Shown in pieces: positions 13,976 through 25,659 of a stretch of DNA of 64,000 nucleotides. A program made the translations under genes and the position numbers. The notes below the pieces were generated by a model, which was not told the origin of the DNA, did no database searches, and was given only the letters and a program-made list of their open reading frames with translations. This stretch comes from Sphyrna mokarran (taxonomy: Eukaryota), in NCBI GenBank assembly GCA_024679065.1, contig JAGIQG010000003.1, positions 127,720,001 through 127,784,000 of the forward strand. The letters are read 5' to 3'. Numbering within the stretch: position 1 is the stretch's first letter; each line of letters opens with the position of its first letter.

Positions 13976-15985
13976 AGGGATTCGCAGTGCAGCAACCGAA
14001 GAGGAATGAATCCAATTGGACTCCTCCGGAAGGCTGCTGCCCCCAACTGGACATGTATGTCCAAGCCATCAGGAGGTGCGTGAACACCAGGTTCATCAAC
14101 CGCACTTACAAGACAGTCCCGAACATCACCCAAGCACAAAGCAAGGCTATCTATGCTCTTAAGACCAACCACAACATTGTCATCAAACCAGCAGACAAAG
14201 GAGGCGCCACCGTCATACTGAACAGAACGGACTACTGTGAAGAAGTGTACCGACAACTAAACAATATGAAACACTACAGACAGTTACCAGCGGATCTGAC
14301 CAAAGAATACACTCGTCAATTCAACACTCTGATCAAAACCTTTGATCCGGACCTTCAGAACACCCTCCGGACTCTCATTCCACGTACTCCCCGCATTGGA
14401 GATCTCTACTGCCTCCCGAAGATACACAAGGCAAACATACCTGGCCGTCCCATCGTATCGGGCAATGGGACCCTGTGTGAGAACCTCTCCGGCTATATCG
14501 AGGGCATCCTGAAACCCATTGTACAAAGAACCCCCAGCTTTTGTCTTGACACTACGGACTTCCTACAGAAACTCAGCACACATGGAGCAGTTGAACCAGG
14601 GACACTCCTTGTCACAATGGATGTCTCGGCGCTCTACACCAACATCCCCCACGACGATGGTATTGCTGCAACTGCCTCAGTACTCAATGCCAACAACTGT
14701 CAGTTTCCGGATGCAATTTTACAACTCATCCGCTTCATCTTGGACCACAATGTCTTCACCTTCAACAATCAGCTTTTCATCCAGACACATGGAACAGCCA
14801 TGGGGACCAAATTTGCACCTCAGTATGCCAACATCTTCATGCACAGGTTCGAACAAGACTTCTTCACCACACGAGATCTTCAACCAAGGTTATATACTAG
14901 ATACATTGAGGACATCTTTTTCCTTTGGACTCATGGTGAACAATCATTGAAACAACTGTATGATGATATCAACAAGTTCCATCCCACCATCAGACTCACC
15001 ATGGACTATTCTCCAGAATCAGTTGCATTCTTGGACACACGCATCTCCATCAAGGACGGTCACCTCAGCACCTCACTGTACCGAAAACCGACAGACAACC
15101 TCACAATGCTCCACTTCTCCAGCTTCCACCCTAGACACGTTAAAGAAGCCATTCCCTATGGACAAGCCCTCCGTATACACAGAATTTGCTCAGATGAGGA
15201 GGATCGTGACAGACACCTCCAGACGCTGAAGGATGCCCTCGTGAGAACAGGATATGGCGCTCGACTCATCAATCGACAGTTCCAACGTGCCACAGCAATA
15301 AACCGCACTGACCTCCTCAGAAGACGAACACGGGACAAGGTGGACAGAGTACCCTTTGTTGTCCAGTACTTCCCCGGAGCGGAGAAGCTACGACATCTTC
15401 TCCGGAGTCTTCAACATATCATCGATGACGATGAACATCTCGCTAGGGCCATCCCCACACCCCCCACTTCTTGCTTTCAGACAACCGCACAACCTCAAAC
15501 AGATCATTGTTCGCAGCAAACTACCCAACCTTCAGGAGAACAGTGACCACAATACCACACAACCCTGCCACAGCAACCTCTGCAAGACATGCCAGATCAT
15601 AGACATGGACGACATCATCAAACGTGAGGATACCATTCACCAGGTACACGGTACATACTCTTGCAACTCGGCCAACGTTGTCTACCTAATACGTTGCAAG
15701 AAAGGATGTCCCGAAGCATGGTACATTGGGGAGACCATGCAGACACTACGACAGCGGATGAATGAGCATCGCTCAACAATCACCAGGCAAAACAGTTCCC
15801 TTCCTGTGGGCGAACACTTCAGCAGTCATGGGCATTCGGCCTCCGACCTGCGGGTAAATGTTCTTCAAGGGGGCCTTCGTGACACACGACAGCGCAGAGT
15901 TGCTGAGCAGAGACTGATAGCCAAGTTCCGCACACATGAGGACGGTCTTAACAGGGATCTTGGCTTCATGACACACTATCTGTAA
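13976..15985 (+). pseudogene. Penelope RT/GIY-YIG polyprotein, right arm (5'-truncated, one frameshift)
   Basis: ORF 13912-15546 (RT) and ORF 15356-15985 (GIY-YIG, ending GLNRDLGFMTHYL). There is a +1 C in the run at about 15460-15465. Confidence 0.85.
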
Positions 15986-16200
15986 CCCCCGTAACTTGCC
16001 TGGGTTAGCAAAAAACCTCACTTACTGTGCTGTCTGGAGAAAATACACAATTCTCTAACCAATGCTCAGGATTCCCTTCACACACATTGTTAGCCACTTT
16101 AACACTTGAATAGCAGGTTAGATGTAAGGATTCGCATTCTAATCAGCAATCTGTAACTGTCTGTGTGGATATGAGTGCCTCTGCAGATCAGAACACTGCA

Positions 16201-16242
16201 TTTGCCTGACGAAGGCACAACATTGTGTTGAAAGCTCGCGGA
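16201..16242 (+). ncRNA. Minimal type I hammerhead ribozyme (Penelope-associated)
   Basis: TTTGC-CTGACGA-A-GGCAC aacatt GTGTT-GAAA-GC-TC-GCGGA. Confidence 0.75.
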
Positions 16243-16476
16243 GTTACTATCAAATAAATTGGTTGGATTTAAAATTGGTGTTGCAAAACTTTACTGTGAA
16301 AATCAAACCCAAGGAATTATATTATTCATTGCTCTGTCCGAAATTACACTTTTTTAAAGTTGTGCTGGGATGGCATGATGGCACAGATGTAGAGATGCCG
16401 GCGTTGGACAGGGATAAATTCAGTAAGAGGTCTGGCAGCACCAATTTTAAATCCAACCGATTTATTTGATAGTAAA

Positions 16477-16514
16477 TCTGCTAGCTTTCGGCGTTTATGC
16501 CTTCGTCAGGCGAA
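16477..16514 (-). ncRNA. Minimal hammerhead ribozyme
   Basis: Reverse complement reads TTCGC-CTGACGA-A-GGC ataaac GCC-GAAA-GC-TA-GCAGA. Confidence 0.7.
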
Positions 16515-16755
16515 TGAGGTGTTCTGGTCTCCAAAAGCACACATATCAGCACAGATAGTTTTTAGATTGCTGATTAGAATGCGAATCCTTACACCTAACC
16601 TGCTATTCGAGTCTTAAGGTGGCTAACAAAGGAACACTGAGCACTGAGGTTACAGAGATGTGTAATACACATCTCTCTAACCTCACTTCACATCTCTCTA
16701 AGACATCTTAGGTGTCTGTACTGATATGTGTGCTTTTGGAGACCAGAACACCTCA

Positions 16756-16793
16756 TTCGTCTGACGAAGGCACAAACGCTGAAAGCTAGCAGA
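16756..16793 (+). ncRNA. Minimal hammerhead ribozyme
   Basis: TTCGT-CTGACGA-A-GGC acaaac GCT-GAAA-GC-TA-GCAGA. Confidence 0.65.
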
Positions 16794-16847
16794 TTTACTA
16801 TCAAATAAATCGGTTGGATTTAAAATTGGTATTGCCAGACCTCTTAC

Positions 16848-17135
16848 ATGACACAGTGGTCAGCATTGCTACCTCACAGCGATAGGATCCCAGGTTCAAT
16901 TCTGGCCTCAGGTCACTGCTCACTATGTGGCGTTTGCACATTCTTCCCATGTCTGCATGGGACCTCTGGTTTCCTCCCACAGTCCAAAGATGTGTGGATT
17001 AGGTTGATTGGTTATGATAAATTGACCCTTAGTGTTAGGGGGATTAGCAGAGTAAATGCAAAGGGCTACTGGGATTGTGGTGGTACAGACTCAATGGGCC
17101 AAATAGCCTCCCCTATACTGTAGGGACTCTTTTAT
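16848..17135 (+). mobile_element. V-SINE/HE1-like SINE, head interrupted by the Penelope hairpin
   Basis: cacagtggtcagcattgct...ggttcaatt...gtttgcacattct...gtttcctcccacagtccaaagatgtg (V-domain core). Confidence 0.8.
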
Positions 17136-17634
17136 TTTTGGATGTACTACTTTAATGTGATATTTGATCAATGAATGTAGTAAAGGGCAATAAAAGCAAA
17201 TAAAAATGCTATGGATGCTGGAAGTCTGAAATGAAACAAAAAATGCTGGAAGAACTCTTGGCTTTCTGCCAACAGTGCAAAGAAGTGTGGGTTAGGTTGA
17301 TTGACCATGCAAAATTGCCCCTTAGTGTCAGGGAGTTTGGCAGGATAAATACATGCAGTTACAGGGCTCAGACATGGGTGGATTGTCAGTGCAGGTTCAA
17401 TGGGCCAAATGACCTTTTCTGCACTATAGGGATTCTATGATTCTATGAACTCAGCAAACCTGGCCACTTTAGTGGGGAGAAGCAGAGTTAATATTTTGGA
17501 TATATAAAAATATTATAACGTCTCATCTGTACTTGTGTCTTGGTAGCACATTCAATATAAGGTTCTTAGTTGAAGTCCCACTCCAGGGTCTCTGCACAGA
17601 AGTCAAAACTGACAATGCTGTGTTTCTTTGAACA

Positions 17635-18285
17635 GGAATCTCAAGAAGTTGGTTTGCAGGTGCAGCAGGATTTTTTTCCTTTATTGCTAGAGGGATGGAG
17701 TTTAAAAGCAGTGAGGTTATGTTGAAGCTGCATAAGGTGCTGGTGAGGCCACACCCAAAATACTGTTTACAGTTTTGGTCTCCTTACTTGAGAAAGGATG
17801 TACTGTCATTGGAGGGAGTGCAGAGGAGATTCACTAGGTTAATTGCAGAGTTGAGACGGTTGGCTTATGAGGAGAGACTGAATAGACTAGCGCTACACTC
17901 ATTGGAATTCAGAAGAACGAAGGGGGATCTTATAGAAACATATAAGATTATGAAGGGAATAGATAAATTAGGAGCAGGGAAGTTGTTTCCACAGGCAGGT
18001 GAAACTAGAACCAGGGGGCATAGCCTCAAAATAAGGGAAAGCAGATTTAGGACTGAGTTGAGGAGAACTTCTTCACATAAAGGGTTGTGAATCTGGAATT
18101 CCCTGACCAGTAAAGCAGTTGAGGTTACCTTATTGAATGTTTTTAAGGCAAAGATAGATAAATTTTTGAACAGTAAAGGAATTAAGGGCAAGTGGGTAAG
18201 TGGGGCTGAATCCACAAAAAGATCAGCCATGATCTTATCAAATGGCAGAAAAGGTTCAAGGGGCCGTAGGATTTCTGTCCTGTTA
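17635..18285 (+). mobile_element. CR1 LINE 3' fragment
   Basis: ORF 17695-18090 has VRPHPKYCLQFWSP...LEGVQRRFTRLI...GDLIETYKI...TRGHSLK. Confidence 0.85.
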
Positions 18286-18360
18286 GAGGGACAGGTTTAA
18301 AAAATTGTAAACTTGTATGAAATCTCACTTTTACATTTGCTCTGCTACCAATTGTAATAA

Positions 18361-18655
18361 AATGGCACAGTGGTTAGCACTGCTGCCTTGCAGCATTAAG
18401 AACCTGGGTTCGATTCCCAGTTTGGGTCAGTGTGAATGTGTGTATGTGTGGATTTTGCACTTTTTCCTTGTGTCTGCGTGAGTGTCCTCAGGGTACTCCA
18501 GTTTTTTTCTACAGTCTGAAAGATATGCTGATTAGATGTATTAGCCACGCTAAATTCTCCTTCTGTGTACCGGAGTGTGACAACTAGGGAATTTTCACAA
18601 TAACTTCATTGCAGTGTTAATGTAACCTACTTGTGACACTAATAAATAAACTTTA
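18361..18655 (+). mobile_element. V-SINE-like SINE
   Basis: tRNA-like head tggcacagtggttagcactgctg...ggttcgattcc and tail ttttcaca...cttcattgcagtgttaatgtaa...aataaataaa. Confidence 0.8.
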
Positions 18656-21048
18656 AACAATCAATGTTTTAAACACTTTCGGCCCACTTCTCCCAGCATC
18701 TTGAAACAGTGTGTACGTCTGTAGCATAAGTATTTTAAGCACTAGGCCTGAACGGTTCAGACTTACTGGTACTAAATTTGTGGAAACTGTGGTAAAAACA
18801 GAAGAATCTGTACTCATTAAGAGAGCTTGCACTTAATGTCTTTCCCAACATCCAAAAAAAATCTACAGTTAATGAATTATTTTACAAGTGACTGTTGTAG
18901 ACAAATATTGCATTCCTTCAATATTACAATGAAATATGAGCCGGTGGTGTTTATAGCCATAAATTCAGAGCCAAAAGCTTTGCAGCAAACTGACATTTAC
19001 AAATAATATCATGTCTCTTTCAGTGATACCTGTTTGGGGGTGCATGGGGAGACAGATGCTGCAAGCAACTGCCCCACTTCTCAAGGAATTCAGAAGGCAC
19101 ACACAAAAAAGAGATGTATATCCAACATAACAATTGGTTTCACTCCCCCTTAATCTATAATAAGTGATTACGCTGAGGAATTTCACCAGAAGACATCATA
19201 ATACAAAATGACATCATAAAGCAATTTCAAGTGATTTCCTTATAGAAACTAAACATTTGACAATAATTACATCTAGAATACTGTGTAGCTTCTTTTGAAT
19301 CTTTGCCAATAATGAGGTACATTGAGTGTCCCAAACATGAATCATAAAACTGTGGTGCACTTCAGGACCTGCGCACTTAAAAAAGGCTGTAAACTGCAGC
19401 AGAGTAAAGGGAATACTACATTGGCTGAAGTGCTATATTTCAGATGAAACATTAATTGGAAAATCATTTACCTGCTCAGACAAACATGAAAGATTCCATA
19501 ATGGCACTACAAGGCAAAGGATTCTCTTGATCTCTGGGCCAAAGTTTATCCCTCAACAAACAACAGCAAAAAATACAAATTAACTGCTCATTTATTTCAC
19601 CGTTGTTTGTGGGGTCATACTATATGCAAATTGATTGCCAAATGTGCTGACACAACAATGACTTCACATTGTTGGCTGTGAAGTACTTTAGGTGTCCTCT
19701 CTGAATGTCACCATATAAATATTATCTCTTTCTTTACTAAAAACTTTTCATCAGCTATCTGGTCATCAGATGTGCATATGTCCATTTTCCATCCTCAATA
19801 ATGCTATTTATTAATTTGGATACTCTGTTGCAATTAATGGGCTATGAGTCTATATGACCTAGCCTCCTTGATGACCTATTTCACATCAAAATATAATGTC
19901 ATTCAAAAAACACATCAATTTTCACGGCACCCATTTTTACCTCACCCGTCTTTAAATTTGTCAGATTTCTTATCGGACAATCAGTATTGGAAGAGCAGAA
20001 ATCATCCTGCAGTAACCATTGAGAATCTACCACTAATGCCATTTACTAACTCCCTCCCTCTCCTTGGCAGCTGTCTGAGGCTGACCAGACTGTTTGTAAC
20101 CTTGATGTCACATGGCCCAGAGATGAGCTTCTGAGCACTTTTCCATGTCGCCATCAGACAGCCTATTTCTACCTTTGTAATGCTGCCTGTGTCCCCAGCT
20201 CAGCTCATTTGTTACTGAAACACTTATTACTTTGTTACTTCTAAAATTGACTCTTCCAATGGACTCCTGGCTGGCCTCCTATGTCCCATGTTCGACTCTG
20301 TTTTTTGAAGCTCATTTATGGCCTTTTGCTCCTTTTCAGAATCCCCTCCACCCCTCAATCTTCTGCGATATCTTTGCTCTCTAGTTCTGAACTTAAAGTA
20401 TCCTTGATTTAAATATTCCACTACTGCTGTCCACGCCTTTCAGCTTCCATCCCAAAGCTCTGGAATTCACTTGCTAAAATTTTCTGTATCTCTATCACAC
20501 TTTCCTCCTATAAGACATAACTTATCCCTTTAACTAAGATTTTGGTCAAAGCTGACCTAATATCTCCTTATTCCCCCTGCTGATTTATAATACTCCTGGG
20601 GACAAGGTATTAGCTATACTACTCTATTGACAACTTTATACTACATTAAGTTGTTGTTTCCCCTCACATTAGCATTCTTGTGATTATCCTGGTGAGTACA
20701 GGACAAAAAACTTTGACAAAATGTCTTTTTTCAGCAACACTCAAGCCAATCACAGTTGAAGAGCATCATGAGGTCATCTTAATTCATCAATCCATAAAAA
20801 TCCAAGATGTTCTCCCAATGTTACATTCAGTTGTTTTCTAAATTAGTGAGGGTATCTATCCTTAACAGAATGTTTATTCCACATAATTACTATTCTTTGT
20901 ATGAAGAACAATTGCTAGATAAGTTCTAAAATTATCTTTCACTAATTTGTACCTGTGTATCATGTTCTACCACTACAGATTAATTCAAAATATTCTCAAT
21001 TTACTGTTTCTGTACTCTTAAAAATCCAATATATTGGTCACATTTCAG

Positions 21049-22194
21049 ATAGAACATAGAACATTACAGCGCAGTACAGGCCCTTCGGCCCTCGATGTTG
21101 CGCCGGCCAGTGGACCCTCTAACCTAAACTATTCCAATATCATCCATATGCCTATCCACGACCATTTGAATGCCTCCAAAGTAGGCGAGTCCACAACTGC
21201 TGCAGGCAGGGTATTCCACGCCCTCACCACCCTCTGTGTAAAGAACCTGCCTCTGACATCCGTCCTATAACTACCACCTCTTAATTTAAAGTTATGTCCC
21301 CTCATGTTGGTCATCACCATCCGAGGAAAAAGGCTCTCACTATCCACCCTATCCAGTCCTTTGATCATCTTATACGCCTCAATTAGGTCATGCGTAACCT
21401 TCTTCTCTCTAATGAAAATAACCTCAGGTCCCTCAGCCTTTCCTCATAAGGCCTTCCCACCATACCAGGCAACATCCTGGTAAACCTCCTCTGCACCCTT
21501 TCCAATGCTTCCACATCTTTCTTATAATGCGGCGACCAGAACTGTACGCAATACTCCAAGTGCGGCCGCACCAGAGTTTTGTACAGTTGTAACATAACCT
21601 CACGGCTCCTAAATTCAATCCCTCTACCAATAAAAGCTAACACACCATACGCCTTCTTAACAACTTTATCAACCTGGGTGCCAACTTTCAAAGAGCTATG
21701 TACTTGTACCCCAAGATCCCTCTGCTCGACAACACTATTAAGGGTCCTTCCATTAGCCCTATATTTCATATGCCTGTTATTCCTACCAAAGTGAATCACC
21801 TCACACTTATCCGTATTGAACTCCATTTGCCACCTCACGGCCCAGCTCTGCAACCTATCTATGTCCCTCTGCAAACTGTAACATCCATCCTCGCTGTCTA
21901 CAACTCCCCCCACTTTGGTATCGTCAGCAAATTTACTAATCCAACCCTCTACACCCTCATCTAGGTCATTTATAAAAATGACAAACAGCAGTGGCCCTAA
22001 AACAGATCCTTGAGGTACACCACTTGTAACTGCACTCCAGGTTGAATATTTCCCATCAACCACCACCCTCTGTCTTCTATCAGCTAGCCAATTCCTAATC
22101 CAAACTGCTAAATCACCTTCAATCCCATGCATCTGCACTTTCTGCAGTAGCCTACCATGGGGAACCTTATCAAACACTTTGCTAAAATCCATAT
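21049..22194 (-). mobile_element. Relatively young 5'-truncated CR1 LINE
   Basis: 282-aa ORF 21383-22231 has MDFSKVFDKVPH, SGVPQGSVLGPLLF, ISKFADDTK and VRPHLEYCVQFWSP. The 3' tail is tctatgttctat. Confidence 0.92.
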
Positions 22195-22244
22195 GCTTCC
22201 TTTTCAAGCTGAAAAGCTCCATACTGCACATGCTTCAAGTTTTT

Positions 22245-22862
22245 AGGTGTTCAGATCACCAACAACCTGTCCTGGTCCCCCCCATGCTGACACTATAGTT
22301 AAGAAAGCCCACGAACGCTTCTACTTTCTCAGAAGATTAAGGAAATTTGACATGTCAGCTACGACTCTCACCAATCTTTACAGATGCACCAAAGAAAGCA
22401 TTCTTTCTAGTTGTATCATAGGTTGGTATGGCTCCTACTCTGCCAAGGACCACAAGATACTACAAAAGGTCGTGAATTAGCCCAATCTATCACTCAAACC
22501 AGCCTCCCACCCATTAACTCTGTCCACACTTCCTGCTGCCTTGGAAAAGCAGCCAGCATAAGTAAGGATCCCACATTCTCTCTTCCACCTTCTTTCGCTG
22601 GGAAAAAGGTACAAAAGTCTGATGTCACGTACCAAATGACTCAAGGACAGCTTCTGCCCTGCTGCCATCAGATTTCTGAATGGACCTATCTCACATTAAG
22701 TTGATCTTTCGCTATACCTTAGCTATGACTGTAACACTACATTCTGCATTCTTTTGTTTCCTTCTCTGTGAATGGTATACTTTTTCTGTGTAGTCCGCAA
22801 GAAACAATCCTTTTCACTGCATACTAATACATGTGACAATAATAAACTGAGTAAATCAAATA
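22245..22862 (+). mobile_element. Rex1/Babar-like LINE 3' fragment
   Basis: KKAHERFYFLRRLRKFDMS...YRCTKESILSSCIIGWYG is typical of the Rex1-group RT C-terminus. Confidence 0.7.
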
Positions 22863-23394
22863 AAATGCATGTAAATAGAAGCATTCCGGAAAACAGGATG
22901 GAGAATCAGATGCAGTCTCCAAAGCTAAGATTCAAAAATACAAATAGAATGTACTACGTACAAAATGTGTCCCAGAATTAAATAACTTGGAAGCAGAACA
23001 ATGACCTCAATTCTGAGAGTGTCCTGTAAAATACAGAACAGTTGGCATCTATGAAATTTCCTGAAACTTAAAGGAATTTGCCAGGAATGAAGAACATTGG
23101 TGATGAGAAAAAAATTACATAGCCTGGCTTTACTTCCATCAGAATAGAGTAGGTCATATAACAGCTATATAAAAGTATTGACTGGCTTGGTTAGAACAAG
23201 GATTGATTTCTGTTAGAAGTCAATAACTGGATGAGGTCAGAGATTGAAAATACTTGGTGGAAGGATTCGAGAAAAGTTGGGGGGTAACTTTTTAACCAAG
23301 CAGGTAGCAGGAGTCTTGAATTTACTACAGAAGTGTGGCAGGAACTTTTTCTGCATTAAAAAAACACTTGAATGGGCATTTGACCTTAATCAGC

Positions 23395-24737
23395 AGGGTT
23401 ATGAATCGTATTTGAGTGAATGGCTCTCTTCCAGCTGGCAAGAACACAACGGGTTGAAGACCTTCCTGTGTGTTATGAATGGTATTTCTTACAAACATAT
23501 AAAACAGCAGAAGCACAAAAGCGGATGCTGGAATCTGAAACAAGGACAGAAAGTGCCAGAAAACCTCAGCCAGACTAGGCAGTAACTGTGCTAAGGTTTC
23601 AAGTCCATTTACATCAATTGAGCCCAGAATTGATGGTTGTATGCAGGTACAGGCTGAGGACCACCTCAGGAGTCTCTCATAATCCCTTCATTACTGTTTA
23701 TCCAAGATCCCTGGATAAATCTCAGCAGTTCTAGCAGCAGCTGTGTGTGTGTGTGTGAGAGAGAGAGAGACAGAGAGCTGACATTTTGAGTCTGGACGAC
23801 TCTTCATAGAATCCCTACAGTGCAGAAGGAGGACATTTGGCCTATTGAGTCTGCACTGACTCTCCAACAGAGCATTTTAACGAGGCCCTATCTTTGTAAC
23901 CCCACATATTCACCCCACCAACCTACTAATCTTGGGACCCCAAGGAGCAATTTAGCATGGTGAATCTACCTAACCTGTACATCTCTCGACAACGTTGTCA
24001 GGGCATTATTCGGATGCAGAAGTTTAAAGTTCATTTATTAGTGACATTGTAGGCTTACATTAACACTGCAATGAAGTTACTGTGAAAGTCACACTCATGT
24101 CCAGGTACACTGAGGGAGAATTTAACGTGGCCAATCCACCTAACCTGCACATCTTTGGACTATGAGAGGAAACCCACACTGACACAGGGAGAATGTGCAG
24201 ACTCCACACAGACAGTGACCCAACCTGGGAATCAAACTCAGGTTCCAAGTGCTGTGAACGGCAGTGCTAACCACTGTGCAATTGAGTCTGCTCCATCATT
24301 GAATAAGGTAGTGGTTGGGCTTGTGTAAGTGGACTTGAAACCTTAAGCACAGTTTCTGCCGAGGCCGGCTGAGATTTCCCAGCACTTTCTGTCTTTGTTT
24401 CAGATTCCAGCATCTGCAGTATTTTGCTTTTGTACTTCTGCTGCTGTTTTATACGTTTGTAAGAAATACCATTTACAACACAGAGGAAGGTCATTCAGCC
24501 CACTGTGTCCTTGCCAGCTGGAAGAGAGCCATTCACTCAAATCCGATTCACAGCCCTGAGGATCTCCAACACCACTCGGGAGTCTCTTATAATCCCTCCA
24601 CTGCTAAGGCTGTTTATTCAAGATCCCTGCATAAATCTCAACAGTTCTGGCAGCAACTGTGTGTATGTGTGTGTGTGTGAGTGTGAGTGAAAGAGAGAGA
24701 GACAGAGCTGACATTTTGAGTCTGGATGACTCTTCAT
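23395..24737. repeat. Composite local duplication with one inverted and one direct repeat pair
   Basis: Segment A (about 23395-23613) is inverted at about 24323-24557. Segment B (about 23654-23807, including (TG)n(GA)n) is directly repeated at about 24556-24737. Confidence 0.8.
24025..24280 (-). mobile_element. V-SINE-like SINE
   Basis: Reverse complement of the SINE consensus (gtgctaaccactgtg head, gtaggcttacattaacactgcaatgaagttactgtgaaa tail). Confidence 0.8.
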
Positions 24738-24859
24738 GCATTTCCAAGTCTACATCCCATCCCCCCCTAAACTTTAATTCCATTGCCTCCCAAAATCTAT
24801 CTACCTCAGCCTGGATGAGCTCTGCTGGCTGAATAATATCTCTCTGCGCTGTTAATGGC

Positions 24860-25310
24860 TCTACGGTGAGCTCTGGTAAGTTTCTTCCACCTTCAGTGTA
24901 ACTCTCCCGAAGTACAGACGGTTATTCACCTCCCGACTGTTAAACGGGAGTAACCGTTCACACAGCAACCACCTCGACGCCAACTTCGCACCTGCGCAAT
25001 TCCCGCGCGACGTAATGGGGCCCGCTTCGCCCCTTCCGCACGGCGGGTTGGGCCGGCTTCGCTCCTGCGCACTTCCCAAAATGCGTGTAGAACCGGCTTT
25101 GCATCTGCACATTTTCCGCGCAGCGTGTGGGACCGGCTTCGCTCCTGCGCACTTCTGGCGATGTGTGTGAAACCGGCGCGTGCGTTTCTCTGCCTCCAAC
25201 CCCCGTGTCGGACTGAGAAAATGGCCGCTCCTTTCAGGCTGGTGGAGGGATAACAGGCTTTTGCAAACCGCAGAGTTCGTAACTTGAAGGTGGGGGCATG
25301 GAGCTGGACT
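24860..25310. promoter_or_regulatory. Orphan CpG-rich promoter-like region with a roughly 40-bp degenerate tandem repeat
   Basis: High CpG density in an AT-rich context. Repeated (ccgg)cttcgcwcctgcgcac units near 24983, 25024, 25056, 25095 and 25136. YY1-like AAAATGGCCG at about 25218. Confidence 0.55.
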
Positions 25311-25659
25311 ACATAAATATATTATTCATAATTGTCTGTCTTGACCTGTCAGCAAAAGCCTTTTAGACATCCAATATCAAATATTAAGATCTGCATCTCT
25401 GGTGCAATATCAGCTTAGGCATCAACTCCCTATGCCACTTCATGACTCCAAAATTAAAGTGTAGTTTTTTTGTTGTATCTCCATACCAAGTTAATTTTCC
25501 TTAGTACCGTTAAATTATTGCACAATACAAACGTTGCTCATGGAGCAACAAGTTTTTCATTTATTGATAAAATGCTTAGCCATCGCCCCTGTACGATGAT
25601 AAGCCCACGTCTTGAAAGTTTAAAGATTTTGTTCCTAAGCAAATTAGGAACTTATAATA

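Larger units (their letters stand above)
11025..16294. mobile_element. Penelope-like element as a 5.3-kb head-to-head palindrome (left arm minus, right arm plus)
   Basis: 11061-13376 is the near-perfect reverse complement of 13976-16294. The 13377-13975 spacer is extra 5' sequence of the left copy. RT motifs (LPKIHK, GRPIVS, MDVSALYTNI, GTAMG, RYIEDIF) and a GIY-YIG endonuclease (NVVYLIRC...YIGET...RMNEH) are present. Flanking direct repeat GTGAAAATCAAA at 11013-11024 and 16296-16307. Confidence 0.95.
16387..16847. mobile_element. Miniature Penelope fold-back element (non-coding, two hammerheads)
   Basis: 36-nt tail at 16387-16422, inverted arms at about 16423-16557 and 16713-16847, and TSD-like ATGGCACAG/ATGACACAG (16378-16386, 16848-16856). 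Inserted in the head of a SINE. Confidence 0.85.

Noticed and set aside
12014-15338. Many mirrored short ORFs (e.g. 12402-12833 and 14519-14950, 13096-13563 and 13888-14256)
   Set aside because: They are alternative-frame or antisense shadows of the Penelope RT, duplicated by the palindrome
11061-16294. Palindrome as an assembly artefact or a DNA transposon with long TIRs
   Set aside because: The arms differ by many CpG-type substitutions and indels and share one TSD. The encoded protein is RT plus GIY-YIG, not a transposase.
18361-18425. tRNA-like A/B boxes here and at other SINE heads
   Set aside because: They are tRNA-derived SINE heads followed by the V-SINE core, not complete cloverleaf tRNA genes
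24975-25190. CRISPR-like repeat-spacer array
   Set aside because: The context is eukaryotic, the repeats are degenerate, the spacers are partly similar and no cas genes are present
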